A stretch of 64,000 bases of DNA, from positions 16,214 to 80,213 of the forward strand of contig JAGTRF010000004.1 in the NCBI GenBank assembly GCA_018396775.1, read 5' to 3'. The notes under the pieces are model-generated. The model worked only from the letters and a program-made list of their open reading frames with translations, made no database searches and was not told the origin of the DNA. The position numbers and the translations under genes are program-made. Shown here piece by piece: positions 1 to 9,713 of the stretch (position 1 is the first letter of the stretch; each line of letters begins with the position of its first letter). The stretch comes from Candidatus Bathyarchaeota archaeon. GTDB taxonomy: Archaea; Thermoproteota; Bathyarchaeia; 40CM-2-53-6; DTDX01.

Positions 1-445
1 CACCAGAAAGCTCGTATGGAGCTTTATCTTTTAAATCGTTTATTCCAATAACGTTTAAAGCCCAGTCTACTCTTTCTTTAATTTCTTTTTTTGGTATACC
101 TAGATTTTCTAAACCAAAAGCCACATCTCTTTCAATAGTTAAAGAAAACAATTGGTTTTCAGGATTTTGAAAAACAAAACCTACATGTTTAGCTAATTCT
201 GAAGTCGAATGCTCTTGTGTATTTAATCCGCAAACATAAACTTCCCCCCTCATTTCTCCAGGATAAAAATTAGGGATTAAACCGTTTAAGCATCTGCATA
301 AAGTTGTTTTTCCGCAACCACTTGGACCAGTTAAAACAATAAATTCTCCTTGAGAAGCATTAAAATTCACGTTTTTAATTGATGTTTTATTTAAACCAGA
401 ATATGTAAAAGTTAAATCTTTAATTAAAATTATTGGTTCATCCAA
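1..445 (-). CDS. ABC transporter ATP-binding protein (ECF/CbiO-like), C-terminal part runs off the left edge; probable TTG start at ~443-445 with GGAG upstream
   Basis: Minus-strand translation reads LDEPIILIKDLTFTYSG...GPSGCGKTT (Walker A)...FQNPENQ...ELSG (start of LSGG signature). There is no stop before the window edge. Confidence 0.75.
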   Translation of the reverse strand, partial: MDEPIILIKDLTFTYSGLNKTSIKNVNFNASQGEFIVLTGPSGCGKTTLCRCLNGLIPNFYPGEMRGEVYVCGLNTQEHSTSELAKHVGFVFQNPENQLFSLTIERDVAFGLENLGIPKKEIKERVDWALNVIGINDLKDKAPYELSG

Positions 446-464
446 TATAAACTTCTCCTTCTCA

Positions 465-1514
465 TCAAATTTTTAAAAGATTCATAAGTAAACTTATTGA
501 TTGATTGATTGCTTTATTTAAATCTCCATAACCGTTAACTCCAGCTGCTACCGCATGTCCGCTTCCAACACCATTTAAAAGCCTTCCTAATGGAACAGCT
601 AAATCTCTCCCTAAATGAATTCCAGTAACTCTATAAAATTCGTTTGCGGCTCTTAAGTTAACTTTAATTTTTCCTTTTTTTTCGCCACACACAATAGCTA
701 CATCAGCTCCTAAAGCTATTATAGCTCTAGCAGCAGAAGCTTGAAAAGAGCTTACAATTGAAGTTGCAACCATCCACCCCTCAACCTCTTTTATATCCAT
801 TCTTTGAGCTGCTTTTAATCTAGCAATTCTTTCAGGTCTTTCTAAGGGAATCTTTAACAATTCAATAACTTTTTCAGGTTGAGCTCCAAACTTGCATAAA
901 CCTACAGCTGTTTGAAAAGTGTGAAGGTTAGCTAAAATAAAATGTCTAGTATCAAATGTTAACCCAATCATTAACGCTTGAGCAGCGATTTTTAAAGGTT
1001 TAATTTTTAAATTTTGATAAAGCGTATATATTAGCTCGCATGTAGATGTAGCCTCTTCATTTACTAAAAACAGTTTTGCAATTTTCTTCATTTCAGGATG
1101 CTTAATGTGATGATCAATTATAATAACAGGTTTTTTTAATTTTAAAATTCTTTCTCCAAAGCCTCCAAGCTGCTTAACTGTGCTTGTGTCAACAAGAAAA
1201 ATTAAATTAACAAATTTTAAATCTAAATCATTAACAAAAAACGCTGGTATAACTTTTAAAATCTGCTTTGAAATTCGACTTATTCCTTCAGGTGCAATAA
1301 GCGAAATTTTTAATCGCTTATTAATTTTTTTTAAAAGCTTTAATAAAGCAAAAGCTGAGCAAACAGCATCCGGATCAGCATTTTGATGACATGCTACAGC
1401 TACGCTTTTTGAATTTAAAATATAATGCTTAAACTTAATTAATTGAAACCTTCTCCATTTATTCAGATTTACTCCCCTTTCTTCTAAAAAAAGATTGTTG
1501 TTAAGGTTGACCAA
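465..1514 (-). CDS. DHH/DHHA1 phosphoesterase (NrnA/RecJ-like nuclease or pAp phosphatase)
   Basis: DHH motif IIIDHH and DHHA1 glycine motif GVGSGHAVAAG; 349 aa. Confidence 0.75.
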   Translation of the reverse strand: MVNLNNNLFLEERGVNLNKWRRFQLIKFKHYILNSKSVAVACHQNADPDAVCSAFALLKLLKKINKRLKISLIAPEGISRISKQILKVIPAFFVNDLDLKFVNLIFLVDTSTVKQLGGFGERILKLKKPVIIIDHHIKHPEMKKIAKLFLVNEEATSTCELIYTLYQNLKIKPLKIAAQALMIGLTFDTRHFILANLHTFQTAVGLCKFGAQPEKVIELLKIPLERPERIARLKAAQRMDIKEVEGWMVATSIVSSFQASAARAIIALGADVAIVCGEKKGKIKVNLRAANEFYRVTGIHLGRDLAVPLGRLLNGVGSGHAVAAGVNGYGDLNKAINQSISLLMNLLKI

Positions 1515-1854
1515 GTTTTTCTTGAAGCTTTAATTGAGCCTCTTTAATTTTAGCTCTAGTACGCTCTTCTTGCTTGCTTAAAACAGTTACTCTAGTGTTT
1601 AATAATTCTTTACGCTCTTTTAACTCATTTAATAAAGATTGTTTATCAGCTTCAAGAAGAATGCTTCCAACAGATTTGTAAACAGTAACTTTCTCATCTA
1701 TTTTTTCTAATTCTGAAATTGCTTTTTCAGCTTCAGCTAACTCGAGTTCAAGCTGCTGTTTTTGAGTAACAATAGCTTGCAATGTTTGCTCCATTTGCTG
1801 AAGCCTTAACAATTGCTCTTGAATTTGAGGAGGTAACTCTCCTTCTTCACTCAT
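1501..1854 (-). CDS. pfdB: prefoldin beta subunit
   Basis: 117 aa coiled-coil protein with a QQLExLxxQKQQLELEL heptad pattern typical of archaeal GimC beta. Confidence 0.75.
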   Translation of the reverse strand: MSEEGELPPQIQEQLLRLQQMEQTLQAIVTQKQQLELELAEAEKAISELEKIDEKVTVYKSVGSILLEADKQSLLNELKERKELLNTRVTVLSKQEERTRAKIKEAQLKLQEKLGQP

Positions 1855-1946
1855 AAAATCCCCTCGAAAAACTTTTCATTTAATTAAAAGCTCTTAAATA
1901 TTGGTTACCTTTAAAATTTAAACATTTAGATTTAAATTTTAAAAGG

Positions 1947-1955
1947 TTTATATAA
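1947..1955 (+). promoter_or_regulatory. TATA box (TTTATATAA) about 26 nt upstream of the ATG at 1977; implies a leaderless transcript
   Basis: AT-rich box with purine-rich upstream flank (aaaagg) at the archaeal -26 spacing. Confidence 0.35.
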
Positions 1956-1976
1956 AGTTTATAAAAGTGTTTTAAA

Positions 1977-2816
1977 ATGGTTGATTTAAACTCTTCAATT
2001 AACGAAATAAAAAATCAGTTAAATGAAAAAGCTAAAATGTTTATTGAAGCATCTACAGTAATAATTAATGCAGGTGGTGAAGGCGTTAGATTAAGGCCTT
2101 ATACGTTAACTCAACCTAAACCTTTAATTAAAGTTGGGTTAACCCCTAAACCTTTAATGTATTGGGCTATGCTTCCAGCTTTGCTTAGCGGTGTTTCAAG
2201 CTTCATAATTACTGTTCGCTATGGTAAAGAAGCTATAGAAGAAGAGTTTGGTAAGGGAGAAAAATTAAGCAAGGAATTTAACAAACCCATTAAAATAGAT
2301 TATATAGAAGAATCAAACCCTCTTGGAAGAGCGGGGTGCATAAAGCTTGGTTTAGAGAAAGGGAAAATTAACGCTTTAAAACCAACAATAATTCTTAACG
2401 CTTCAGATATATTAGCTATAAGCTTTCTTGATTTAATAAAACATCATATTTGGCAGAGAATTGCTTATGGATTTGAAGTAACGCAAGTTTACGCTTCAGG
2501 TTATAAAGTGCAATATGGTATAGGTAAAATTCACCCAACTACAGGGCAAGTTTTAGAGTTTATAGAGAAACCTGAAAGAATAGAGCCTACAAACACTGCC
2601 TGCTATTGTCTTCAAGAAAGGCTTAACGATTTTAAGCATATTCATAAGTTGCCATCAAATCCTGAAGATGAATTAATTCATAAATGGATTAAAAAAAATG
2701 TTTTAGGCGCATACATAATTCCTTATGAAAAGCTTATTTCAATAAAATTTGAAGCTGATCTTAAGAGAGTAAATGAAATTGATTTGGAAAAATTTGTGAA
2801 AGCTGCTATCGGTTAA
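1977..2816 (+). CDS. sugar-phosphate nucleotidyltransferase (glucose-1-P thymidylyl/uridylyl or mannose-1-P guanylyltransferase family)
   Basis: N-terminal NAGGEGVRLRPYTLTQPKPLIKV matches the GxGxRLxPxT...KPxxP signature. Confidence 0.7.
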   Translation: MVDLNSSINEIKNQLNEKAKMFIEASTVIINAGGEGVRLRPYTLTQPKPLIKVGLTPKPLMYWAMLPALLSGVSSFIITVRYGKEAIEEEFGKGEKLSKEFNKPIKIDYIEESNPLGRAGCIKLGLEKGKINALKPTIILNASDILAISFLDLIKHHIWQRIAYGFEVTQVYASGYKVQYGIGKIHPTTGQVLEFIEKPERIEPTNTACYCLQERLNDFKHIHKLPSNPEDELIHKWIKKNVLGAYIIPYEKLISIKFEADLKRVNEIDLEKFVKAAIG

Positions 2817-2846
2817 ACTGACAGCTTAATCATGATGGAAATTATT

Positions 2847-3611
2847 TTAAATTAATTCTTTAGGTATGCTGTTTGGTTTATAAGCGATTAAAGGTTTAAT
2901 TCCAGCTTCGCTTAACCTTTTAATCACATGAGGATAAAGAAAAACATATTCTTCCTCAATTTCTAACGGTAATTTTTCGTCAACTTCTTTTAAGTGCTCC
3001 TTTAATTTTTCAAAGCTTTTTTTAGAGCTGAAAGAAAGCATAACAGCTGGGTGGCATGAAACACCAGCATCTAAAAGATTTTTTAAACTATTTAATTGTA
3101 AATTAAAAAATTCAGGTAGCGCGTTTGTAAGGTTAGAAAACTCTTCGGGTTTTGTTCCTTTAATTGAGATTCTAGCGTGAACACATTTAAACTTTGAAAG
3201 TTGTTTAGCATAATTGGAGTCTATCAATATTCCATTTGACTCTAAAATAAATTTGTAACGAGTTTGATCAATTAACTCAAGAATTTTAAGAAGATGATTT
3301 TTACCTATTGTTGGCTCATTTCCGCTAATTCTTAATAATTTATAACCAAATTTTTCAGCGCATTTTCTAAGCTTATCAAAAACCTTTTCTGGTGAATAAA
3401 ATTTTCCAATTTTATCAGGATTATCTCTAGGCGCTCCGCTCCAACAGAAAATGCATTTTAAACAGCATCCACAACAATCTGCTGTTGCAATACCACCATA
3501 CCATTTTCCAGCTCTAGCAACTCGATAATATTTTCTAGCAACTCCATTAACCACAATTTCTTCTATTTTTTCAGCAAGTTTTAAAGGATCATATAACATA
3601 TATGTTATCAC
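2847..3611 (-). CDS. radical SAM enzyme, function unassigned
   Basis: CxxxCxxC cluster in DCCGCCLKCIFCW and a glycine-rich SAM motif RISGNEPTIG; 254 aa. Confidence 0.65.
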   Translation of the reverse strand: MITYMLYDPLKLAEKIEEIVVNGVARKYYRVARAGKWYGGIATADCCGCCLKCIFCWSGAPRDNPDKIGKFYSPEKVFDKLRKCAEKFGYKLLRISGNEPTIGKNHLLKILELIDQTRYKFILESNGILIDSNYAKQLSKFKCVHARISIKGTKPEEFSNLTNALPEFFNLQLNSLKNLLDAGVSCHPAVMLSFSSKKSFEKLKEHLKEVDEKLPLEIEEEYVFLYPHVIKRLSEAGIKPLIAYKPNSIPKELI

Positions 3612-3643
3612 ATGATAATTTTAATTAAAATAAATAAAAGAGT

Positions 3644-4927
3644 TTATTCGATAGGCTTACCGAATTGAGATTCAATAAATCTTCTTAATTTTTCAACTTC
3701 ATCTTTTAATTTAGCTAATTCTTCAGCTTCCGATTTACCCGCTTTCAATTTACTTAGTATTTTAGGCTTTTTATAAAGCATAAACCCTAAAATAACTACG
3801 ATTAAAATGATTAATGCTAAAATTGATATTATTGGTTTAGATTCATCAACTACCCATTCTGCTTGAAGGTTTTTTGATTCTTCAACAATAAACTTGAAAA
3901 CCGCATTTTTTGATTCTAAACCTTTTTCACTATACCATCCATTAAAAACTCTTTTTCCACCTAAAGCTCCTTTCCACCCTTCTAAAGAAATTTCAGATTC
4001 AATTGAAACAATCGCCTCCTCGCCTTTAACATACCAGCCTTCAGGCTTATTTAAGGAGAGGTGCCCAAACTCTGAATAAACATTCACTTTATATTCAATT
4101 TCATGTTTATATTCAGCTATAGCTACTATAGGCTTATCTATTTTTAAGGGGATTATGTTGTTTTCTACAGGTACACCGTTAATAATCCAACTCTTGAAGA
4201 CAGCTCTTTCCTTAATGTTAGCTTCATCTTTAATTATAACAACATTTTTTGCAGATAATATTGTATCTGAACCCTCCTTAAACCATCCTGTAAACTTTAA
4301 ACCATAAGGATCCATAACATAAAGTTCATGTTCAATAAAATATTCAAATATATGTCCTCCTTCAGCTAATTCAGTTATAGTTCTAGTTCTATATTCATAA
4401 GTTAAATAGTAATCCCAATAATGATAAGAGTCATCTCTAACTAAAAACCAATACCATATAGGTACAAGTTCAGTCACATCTTTATATACAAGCTCAAGAT
4501 TCCATGTATTTCCAGGACAAATATATCTAGTTTCAACAATTAAACCTTCATAGTTAACAAGAGAACCTTTAACTTCTTTATTAACTTGAAAAACATGAGA
4601 AGATTTTTTATTAACTTCAAAACGTTTAACCTCACCTCCTTGAATAAACCCTACTGGCTTACCGTCTATAATAATCTCAGTTGAATAATCAGGTGGAAGA
4701 CCCTTAATAAAAATTGTAATAAGGGTTGTAGCAGTTGTGGGTTTCCATGGCTTAGAAATCCAAACCCATACACCAGAACGGGGATTATATTGATAATATC
4801 CTATTTCTTCAGCATACGCTTTTTGAGGAAGAGAAAACCATATACACAAAAGAATTAAAAGATTTAATAAAAAAATTGATTTAATTAATTTTCGTAACTC
4901 TATTTGAGTTAAATAATTTTTCTCCAA
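3644..4927 (-). CDS. exported, C-terminally membrane-anchored surface protein of unknown function
   Basis: N-terminal hydrophobic signal/TM (IFLLNLLILLCIWFSL...AYAEE); ~330 aa Tyr/Trp-rich ectodomain; C-terminal TM (ISILALIILIVVILGFMLY) followed by a charged coiled-coil tail. Confidence 0.55.
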   Translation of the reverse strand: MEKNYLTQIELRKLIKSIFLLNLLILLCIWFSLPQKAYAEEIGYYQYNPRSGVWVWISKPWKPTTATTLITIFIKGLPPDYSTEIIIDGKPVGFIQGGEVKRFEVNKKSSHVFQVNKEVKGSLVNYEGLIVETRYICPGNTWNLELVYKDVTELVPIWYWFLVRDDSYHYWDYYLTYEYRTRTITELAEGGHIFEYFIEHELYVMDPYGLKFTGWFKEGSDTILSAKNVVIIKDEANIKERAVFKSWIINGVPVENNIIPLKIDKPIVAIAEYKHEIEYKVNVYSEFGHLSLNKPEGWYVKGEEAIVSIESEISLEGWKGALGGKRVFNGWYSEKGLESKNAVFKFIVEESKNLQAEWVVDESKPIISILALIILIVVILGFMLYKKPKILSKLKAGKSEAEELAKLKDEVEKLRRFIESQFGKPIE

Positions 4928-5039
4928 TTTTATTCTTTCCCTCTAATAATAAAGAGGAAATTTCGTGATAATATAAATTTAAAAACCTATATAAAGGTTT
5001 TTAAATTAGCTTCGCTTGATTAAAAGAGATGTTAAAATA

Positions 5040-5978
5040 ATGAAAGCTGTTAAAGATTTTAAAATTCATAAAAAAATTACAGTAAACGAGTTGATTAATC
5101 AAATGATGGAGGGGGGAGGCTTTGCAGCTAAAAAATTAGCTGTAAGCATAAACATAATCGAGGGAATGATTAAAGATAAAGATTCATTAAATTTTCTTTC
5201 TTTTCCAGCTTGTATAATAGCCACAGGTGTTAGAGGCGTTATTAAAGATATGGTTAAAAAAGGTTGGTTTAAAGTTTTAATAACTACATGCGGAACTTTA
5301 GATCATGATTTAGCTAGATGCTGGAAGAAATATTATCATGGAAACTTTGAAATGAATGATAAAAAGTTGCATAAAGCTGGAATTAATCGAATAGGAAATA
5401 TTCTAGCGCCTAACGAGTCCTACGGGTTAATTATAGAAAATAAGATGAACCAATTTTTAAACGAAATTTATTCTAAAAATATAAGAGAATTATCTACTTA
5501 TGAGTTATGTTGGGAGTTAGGGAAAAGAATTAAAAATGAAGATTCAATTTTATATTGGTGTTGGAAAAACAAAATTTATGTAATTGTTCCAGGGATTACG
5601 GATGGCGCGGTAGGATATCAAATTTGGCATTTTTCTCAAAATCATGATTTTAAAATTAATGTATTAAAGGATGAAAAGATTTTAAATGATTTAATTTGGG
5701 AAGCAAAAAAATCTGGCGCATTAATAATTGGAGGGGGAATAACTAAACATCATGTAATTTGGTGGGCACAATTTGCTAAAGGATTAAATTATGCTGTTTA
5801 TATAACTACAGCTGTAGAATATGATGGAAGCTTATCTGGAGCTAGAACTCATGAAGCGATTTCTTGGGGTAAAATAAAAGAGAACGCTAAGCATATAACT
5901 GTTGAAGGAGATGCTACAGTTTATTTACCTATAGTTTACGCAGCGTTACTTGAAAGATTAAATAATAAAGTTGATTAA
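5040..5978 (+). CDS. dys: deoxyhypusine synthase (ORF track begins at TTG 5016; first ATG is 5040)
   Basis: Full-length DHS-like: ...GGGFAAKKLA..., TCGTLDHDL, ALIIGGGITKHH, GARTHEAISWGKI. Confidence 0.8.
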   Translation: MKAVKDFKIHKKITVNELINQMMEGGGFAAKKLAVSINIIEGMIKDKDSLNFLSFPACIIATGVRGVIKDMVKKGWFKVLITTCGTLDHDLARCWKKYYHGNFEMNDKKLHKAGINRIGNILAPNESYGLIIENKMNQFLNEIYSKNIRELSTYELCWELGKRIKNEDSILYWCWKNKIYVIVPGITDGAVGYQIWHFSQNHDFKINVLKDEKILNDLIWEAKKSGALIIGGGITKHHVIWWAQFAKGLNYAVYITTAVEYDGSLSGARTHEAISWGKIKENAKHITVEGDATVYLPIVYAALLERLNNKVD

Positions 5979-6065
5979 CGCTATGCAATTTACATAAAAC
6001 TTCATAAAAATATTGCAAAAAATAAGAAATAAGATTTAAATTTTATTTTATTAAAGCTCTTAAAA

Positions 6066-6512
6066 TTGCAGTGGTTGAACTTGTTTAAAATTAAATTAAA
6101 ATCTGAAGTCTTGCAAAAAATATTAAATTGCACTAAGAAACCTTATGAGCAAATTGGATTATTAATAGGTCAATTTGCTGGAGACGGGTTAATTATAACA
6201 GATGCTATCCATGGTGAAGGTTTTTCAACAGATTCATGCACAATTTTCCCACCTGAATCTTTAGCTAAAGTTATAGACAATATAGTTAAAGGTCAAATTA
6301 ATGGAAATATAGTTGGGTGGTATCATTCTCATATTGGATGCGGAGTTTTCATGTCAAATATTGATATTCAAACTCAATTAAAGCTGCAGCAATTTTCCCC
6401 ATATATAATTGCTTTAGTTGTCGATCCTATAGCTGGGGAATTTGGTATATTTTCTTATGATCACCAATATGGGTTAATTCAATTTTCTGAGGATCAAATA
6501 GAAATCTTTTAG
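6066..6512 (+). CDS. JAMM/MPN+ family metalloprotease (JAB domain)
   Basis: E...HSHIGCGVFMSNIDI gives the H-x-H-x7-S-x2-D JAMM zinc motif; ~148 aa. Start is uncertain because there are several in-frame TTGs and no ATG. Confidence 0.7.
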   Translation: MQWLNLFKIKLKSEVLQKILNCTKKPYEQIGLLIGQFAGDGLIITDAIHGEGFSTDSCTIFPPESLAKVIDNIVKGQINGNIVGWYHSHIGCGVFMSNIDIQTQLKLQQFSPYIIALVVDPIAGEFGIFSYDHQYGLIQFSEDQIEIF

Positions 6513-6964
6513 TTTTTAAATTGAATTTTCTCATCTTTCTTTATTGCTGGATGATGTGCATCAATCATTATAACTTCAAACCAAACGCGTTGGCCATCCT
6601 CCCAAACCCAGTAAGCGTTTAATGGAGTTAAATTAGGGAATTTTCTAGCAGCTCTTTCTATAGCAATTCTCTTTAAGCTTTTAGCTCTAGTATACTTTTT
6701 TACGCCCATAGCTTTCTGTCTTCTTCCAGATTTAGGCCTAGGTTTTCTAGCTCCCCCCCGTCTAACTTTAACTCGAACAATTACGAAACCTTGCTTAGCT
6801 TTATAACCTAACCGCCTTGCTTTATCAATGCGAGTCGGCTTCTTAACCCTAACCACCGTAGGTTCTCTTCGCCATTTAATTAAAAGCTCTCTCATCAAGT
6901 TTTTGACATAGCTTTCATTACTGCTTCTCCAAGCTGAAGAAAGATAACTATACGCGTTAACCAT
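6509..6964 (-). CDS. rpl15e: ribosomal protein L15e
   Basis: SYVKNLMRELLIKWRREPTVVRVKKPTRIDKARRLGYKAKQGFVIVRVKVRRGG is typical L15e. Confidence 0.9.
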   Translation of the reverse strand: MVNAYSYLSSAWRSSNESYVKNLMRELLIKWRREPTVVRVKKPTRIDKARRLGYKAKQGFVIVRVKVRRGGARKPRPKSGRRQKAMGVKKYTRAKSLKRIAIERAARKFPNLTPLNAYWVWEDGQRVWFEVIMIDAHHPAIKKDEKIQFKN

Positions 6965-7064
6965 TTTAAACCCCTTTTTTAAAGCTTAATTTTTCATTCC
7001 TAAATTTAAATTCTTCTCTAGAAAACTTTAAAGCTTTAAGTTAAAAATCAATTAAAGAGGAAAA

Positions 7065-8399
7065 ATGAATGATGAAAAAGAGTTATTAAAGAAAGCATCG
7101 CTTCCTGGGGAAATAGCTTTAAAACATCATGAGTTTTATCATGGAAAAATAGAGGTTATTCCTAAATGTTTGCTGCAAAACCTTAGTGACTTTTCAATTT
7201 GGTATACGCCTGGTGTAGCTGAACCATGTAAAGCTATTAAAGAAAACCCAGAGAAAGTTTATGATTACACTAATAAATGGAATAATGTAGCTATAATAAC
7301 TGATGGTACTAGAGTTCTTGGGTTAGGCGATATAGGAGCTGAAGCAAGCCTTCCAGTAATGGAGGGGAAAGCTTTATTATTCAAGTTTTTAGGTGGAGTT
7401 GACGCTTTTCCGATATGCTTATCCACAACCGATTCAAGTGAAATCGTTAAGGTTGTTAATTGGATTCAACCAAGCTTTGGTGGAATAAACTTAGAGGATA
7501 TAGCTCAACCTAAATGCTTTAAAATTTTATTTGAGTTAAGAAGAAACCTTAAGATTCCTGTATGGCATGATGATCAACAGGGCACTGGAACTGTTGTTTT
7601 AGCAGGTTTAATAAATGCTTTAAAAATTGTGAATAAAAAGATTAATGAAGTTCAAATAGCATTAATTGGCGCTGGAGCTGCTGGATTAGCCATAGCCAAT
7701 ATACTCACCAAAGCAGGTGCTACTTTAGGTAAATTAATTATTGTAGATAGCAAAGGAATTCTTCACCCAAGCAGAGTTGATCTTCAAGAAGAAAAAAAAT
7801 ATTGGGCTTTAAAAACTAATAAAGAAGATAGGGTTGGTGGAATTTATGAAGCTGTGAAAAACTCTGATGTTTGCATAGCTGTTTCAAAGCCTGGACCTAA
7901 AGTTATAACTGAAGATATGATTAAAAAGATGGCTGATAACCCTATAGTTTTTGCTTGCGCTAATCCAATTCCAGAAATATGGCCTTGGGAAGCTAAAAAA
8001 GCTGGAGCTAAAATTGTAGCTACTGGAAGATCAGATTTTCCAAATCAAATAAATAACTCTTTAGGTTTTCCAGGAATATTTAGAGGCACCTTAGATGTTA
8101 GGGCTAAAACTATTACAGATGAAATGTGTATAGCTGCAGCCTATGAGATAGCCAAAGTGGCTGAAGAAAAAGGTTTAACTGAAGATTATATAATTCCATC
8201 GATGGATGAATTTGATGTTTACCCTAGAGAAGCGTCTGCCGTAGCTGAAAAAGCTGTTGAAGAAAATATAGCTAGAATAAAATTAACTCGAGAGGAAGCG
8301 TATGAAAAAGCTTGCTTAATAATTAAGAAAGCTCAAGAAAAAGTTAAATGCTTAATGAAAATGAATTTTATTAAATCTCCTCCAAAAATTAATTTTTAA
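7065..8399 (+). CDS. NAD(P)-dependent malic enzyme (malate dehydrogenase, decarboxylating)
   Basis: WYTPGVAEPCKAI...VAIITDGTRVLGLGDIGAEASLPVMEGKALLFK...GGINLEDI...GAGAAG are malic-enzyme N-terminal and NAD-binding signatures. Confidence 0.8.
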   Translation: MNDEKELLKKASLPGEIALKHHEFYHGKIEVIPKCLLQNLSDFSIWYTPGVAEPCKAIKENPEKVYDYTNKWNNVAIITDGTRVLGLGDIGAEASLPVMEGKALLFKFLGGVDAFPICLSTTDSSEIVKVVNWIQPSFGGINLEDIAQPKCFKILFELRRNLKIPVWHDDQQGTGTVVLAGLINALKIVNKKINEVQIALIGAGAAGLAIANILTKAGATLGKLIIVDSKGILHPSRVDLQEEKKYWALKTNKEDRVGGIYEAVKNSDVCIAVSKPGPKVITEDMIKKMADNPIVFACANPIPEIWPWEAKKAGAKIVATGRSDFPNQINNSLGFPGIFRGTLDVRAKTITDEMCIAAAYEIAKVAEEKGLTEDYIIPSMDEFDVYPREASAVAEKAVEENIARIKLTREEAYEKACLIIKKAQEKVKCLMKMNFIKSPPKINF

Positions 8400-8465
8400 C
8401 TTTTATTTTGCTTATTGCATGTTTAAATAGCTAATATTCAAAAACTTGTTTTAATTAAGTAAAAG

Positions 8466-8473
8466 TTTATATA
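8466..8473 (+). promoter_or_regulatory. TATA box (TTTATATA) upstream of gar1-tfb-hypB
   Basis: aaaagTTTATATAtt lies 60 nt upstream of the gar1 start; the three genes follow co-directionally with gaps of 11-21 nt. Confidence 0.35.
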
Positions 8474-8532
8474 TTGCGCGTGCAATTCCAATTCTTGTAA
8501 AATTTTCCCTTTTGCTTGGAGTGAATTAAAAA

Positions 8533-8766
8533 TTGAAGAGGCTGGGCAAAATTCTTCATGCTTCAAAAAGCCGCAGCCTCATAGTAAAACTTGAGAAACC
8601 TAACCCTCCAAAGCTTGGATCTAAAATTTTTGATGAGAAACTTAAGGAAATAGGAGTTGTAACCGATGTTTTCGGTCCTTCAACTTCACCATATATTTCT
8701 ATAAAGCCGCTAAGCAGTAAGATTGAAAACTACATTGGAAAAGTTGTTTACGCTTTAAAAGATTAG
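8533..8766 (+). CDS. gar1: H/ACA ribonucleoprotein complex subunit Gar1
   Basis: 77 aa; LGKILHASKSRSLIVKLEK...KIFDEKLKEIGVVTDVFGPSTSPYISIKP matches the Gar1 beta-barrel. Confidence 0.8.
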   Translation: MKRLGKILHASKSRSLIVKLEKPNPPKLGSKIFDEKLKEIGVVTDVFGPSTSPYISIKPLSSKIENYIGKVVYALKD

Positions 8767-8777
8767 AGGGTTAAAAT

Positions 8778-9692
8778 ATGTATGAAAAAGAGAAGGCTCG
8801 TAAATGTCCAGAATGTGGAAGCGATAAGCTGATGCGAGATTATGATGCTGCTGAAATTGTATGCCTTTCATGCGGTTGTGTTGTAATGGATAAACTTACT
8901 GATTCTAGACCTGAATGGAGGGCTTTTGATAATGAACAAAAAGATAAAAGAACAAGAGTAGGCGCACCTTTAACTTACACTATTCATGATAAAGGTCTTT
9001 CAACAACAATAGATTTGCAAGGGAAGAGTTTAAAGGGGAACTCAACTCAAGAGCTTGAAGAAGCTTATAAATTAAGAAAATGGCAAAGAAGAATGAGAGT
9101 TTCTGATGCGACAGAAAGAAATTTAGCTGCAGCTTTATCAGAGTTAACTAAAATATCTTCAGCTTTAAATTTGCCTAAAAACGTTTTAGAAACGGCCTCT
9201 ATAATTTATAGAAAAGCTATTAAAAAACGAATTGTTAGAGGGAGATCTATTCAAAGTATTGCTGCTGCAGCAGTTTACTTAAGCTGCAGAAAATGCGGTG
9301 TTTTAAGAACAATAGATGAAATAGCTGATGCAACTAATTTGAGAAAGAAAGATATTGGGAGAAGTTATAGGTTTATGATTAAAGAATTAACTGATTTCGT
9401 TCCACCATTAACGATATCAAATTATGCTGCTAGATTTTCTAACAAGCTTGCTATATCTGGGAAAGCTGAAGCTATCGCGATAAGAGTATTGGAAATAGCG
9501 AAAGCTATGAGGTTAACAAGTGGTAGAGGACCAACTGGAATAGCAGCCGCTTCAACATATATAGCTTCAGTTCTCCTTAATGAGAGAAAAACTCAAAGAG
9601 AAGTGGCTGAAATAGCTAATGTTACTGAAGTTACTATAAGAAATAGGTATAAAGAGCTTTTAGAAAAACTTTTCATTAAAGTAAAATTGTGA
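8778..9692 (+). CDS. tfb: transcription initiation factor IIB (TFB)
   Basis: N-terminal zinc ribbon CPECGSDKL...CLSCGCV, B-finger, and two cyclin folds. Confidence 0.9.
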   Translation: MYEKEKARKCPECGSDKLMRDYDAAEIVCLSCGCVVMDKLTDSRPEWRAFDNEQKDKRTRVGAPLTYTIHDKGLSTTIDLQGKSLKGNSTQELEEAYKLRKWQRRMRVSDATERNLAAALSELTKISSALNLPKNVLETASIIYRKAIKKRIVRGRSIQSIAAAAVYLSCRKCGVLRTIDEIADATNLRKKDIGRSYRFMIKELTDFVPPLTISNYAARFSNKLAISGKAEAIAIRVLEIAKAMRLTSGRGPTGIAAASTYIASVLLNERKTQREVAEIANVTEVTIRNRYKELLEKLFIKVKL

Positions 9693-9713
9693 ATTAAATA
9701 AGGCGAAGAAAAT

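Noticed and set aside
2847-3611. Radical SAM gene as the partner of the Memo-like gene (AmmeMemoRadiSam system)
   Set aside because: It is 11 kb away on an unrelated transcription unit. It is only 254 aa and lacks the characteristic motif and size of the AmmeMemoRadiSam radical-SAM component. No AMMECR1 gene is nearby.
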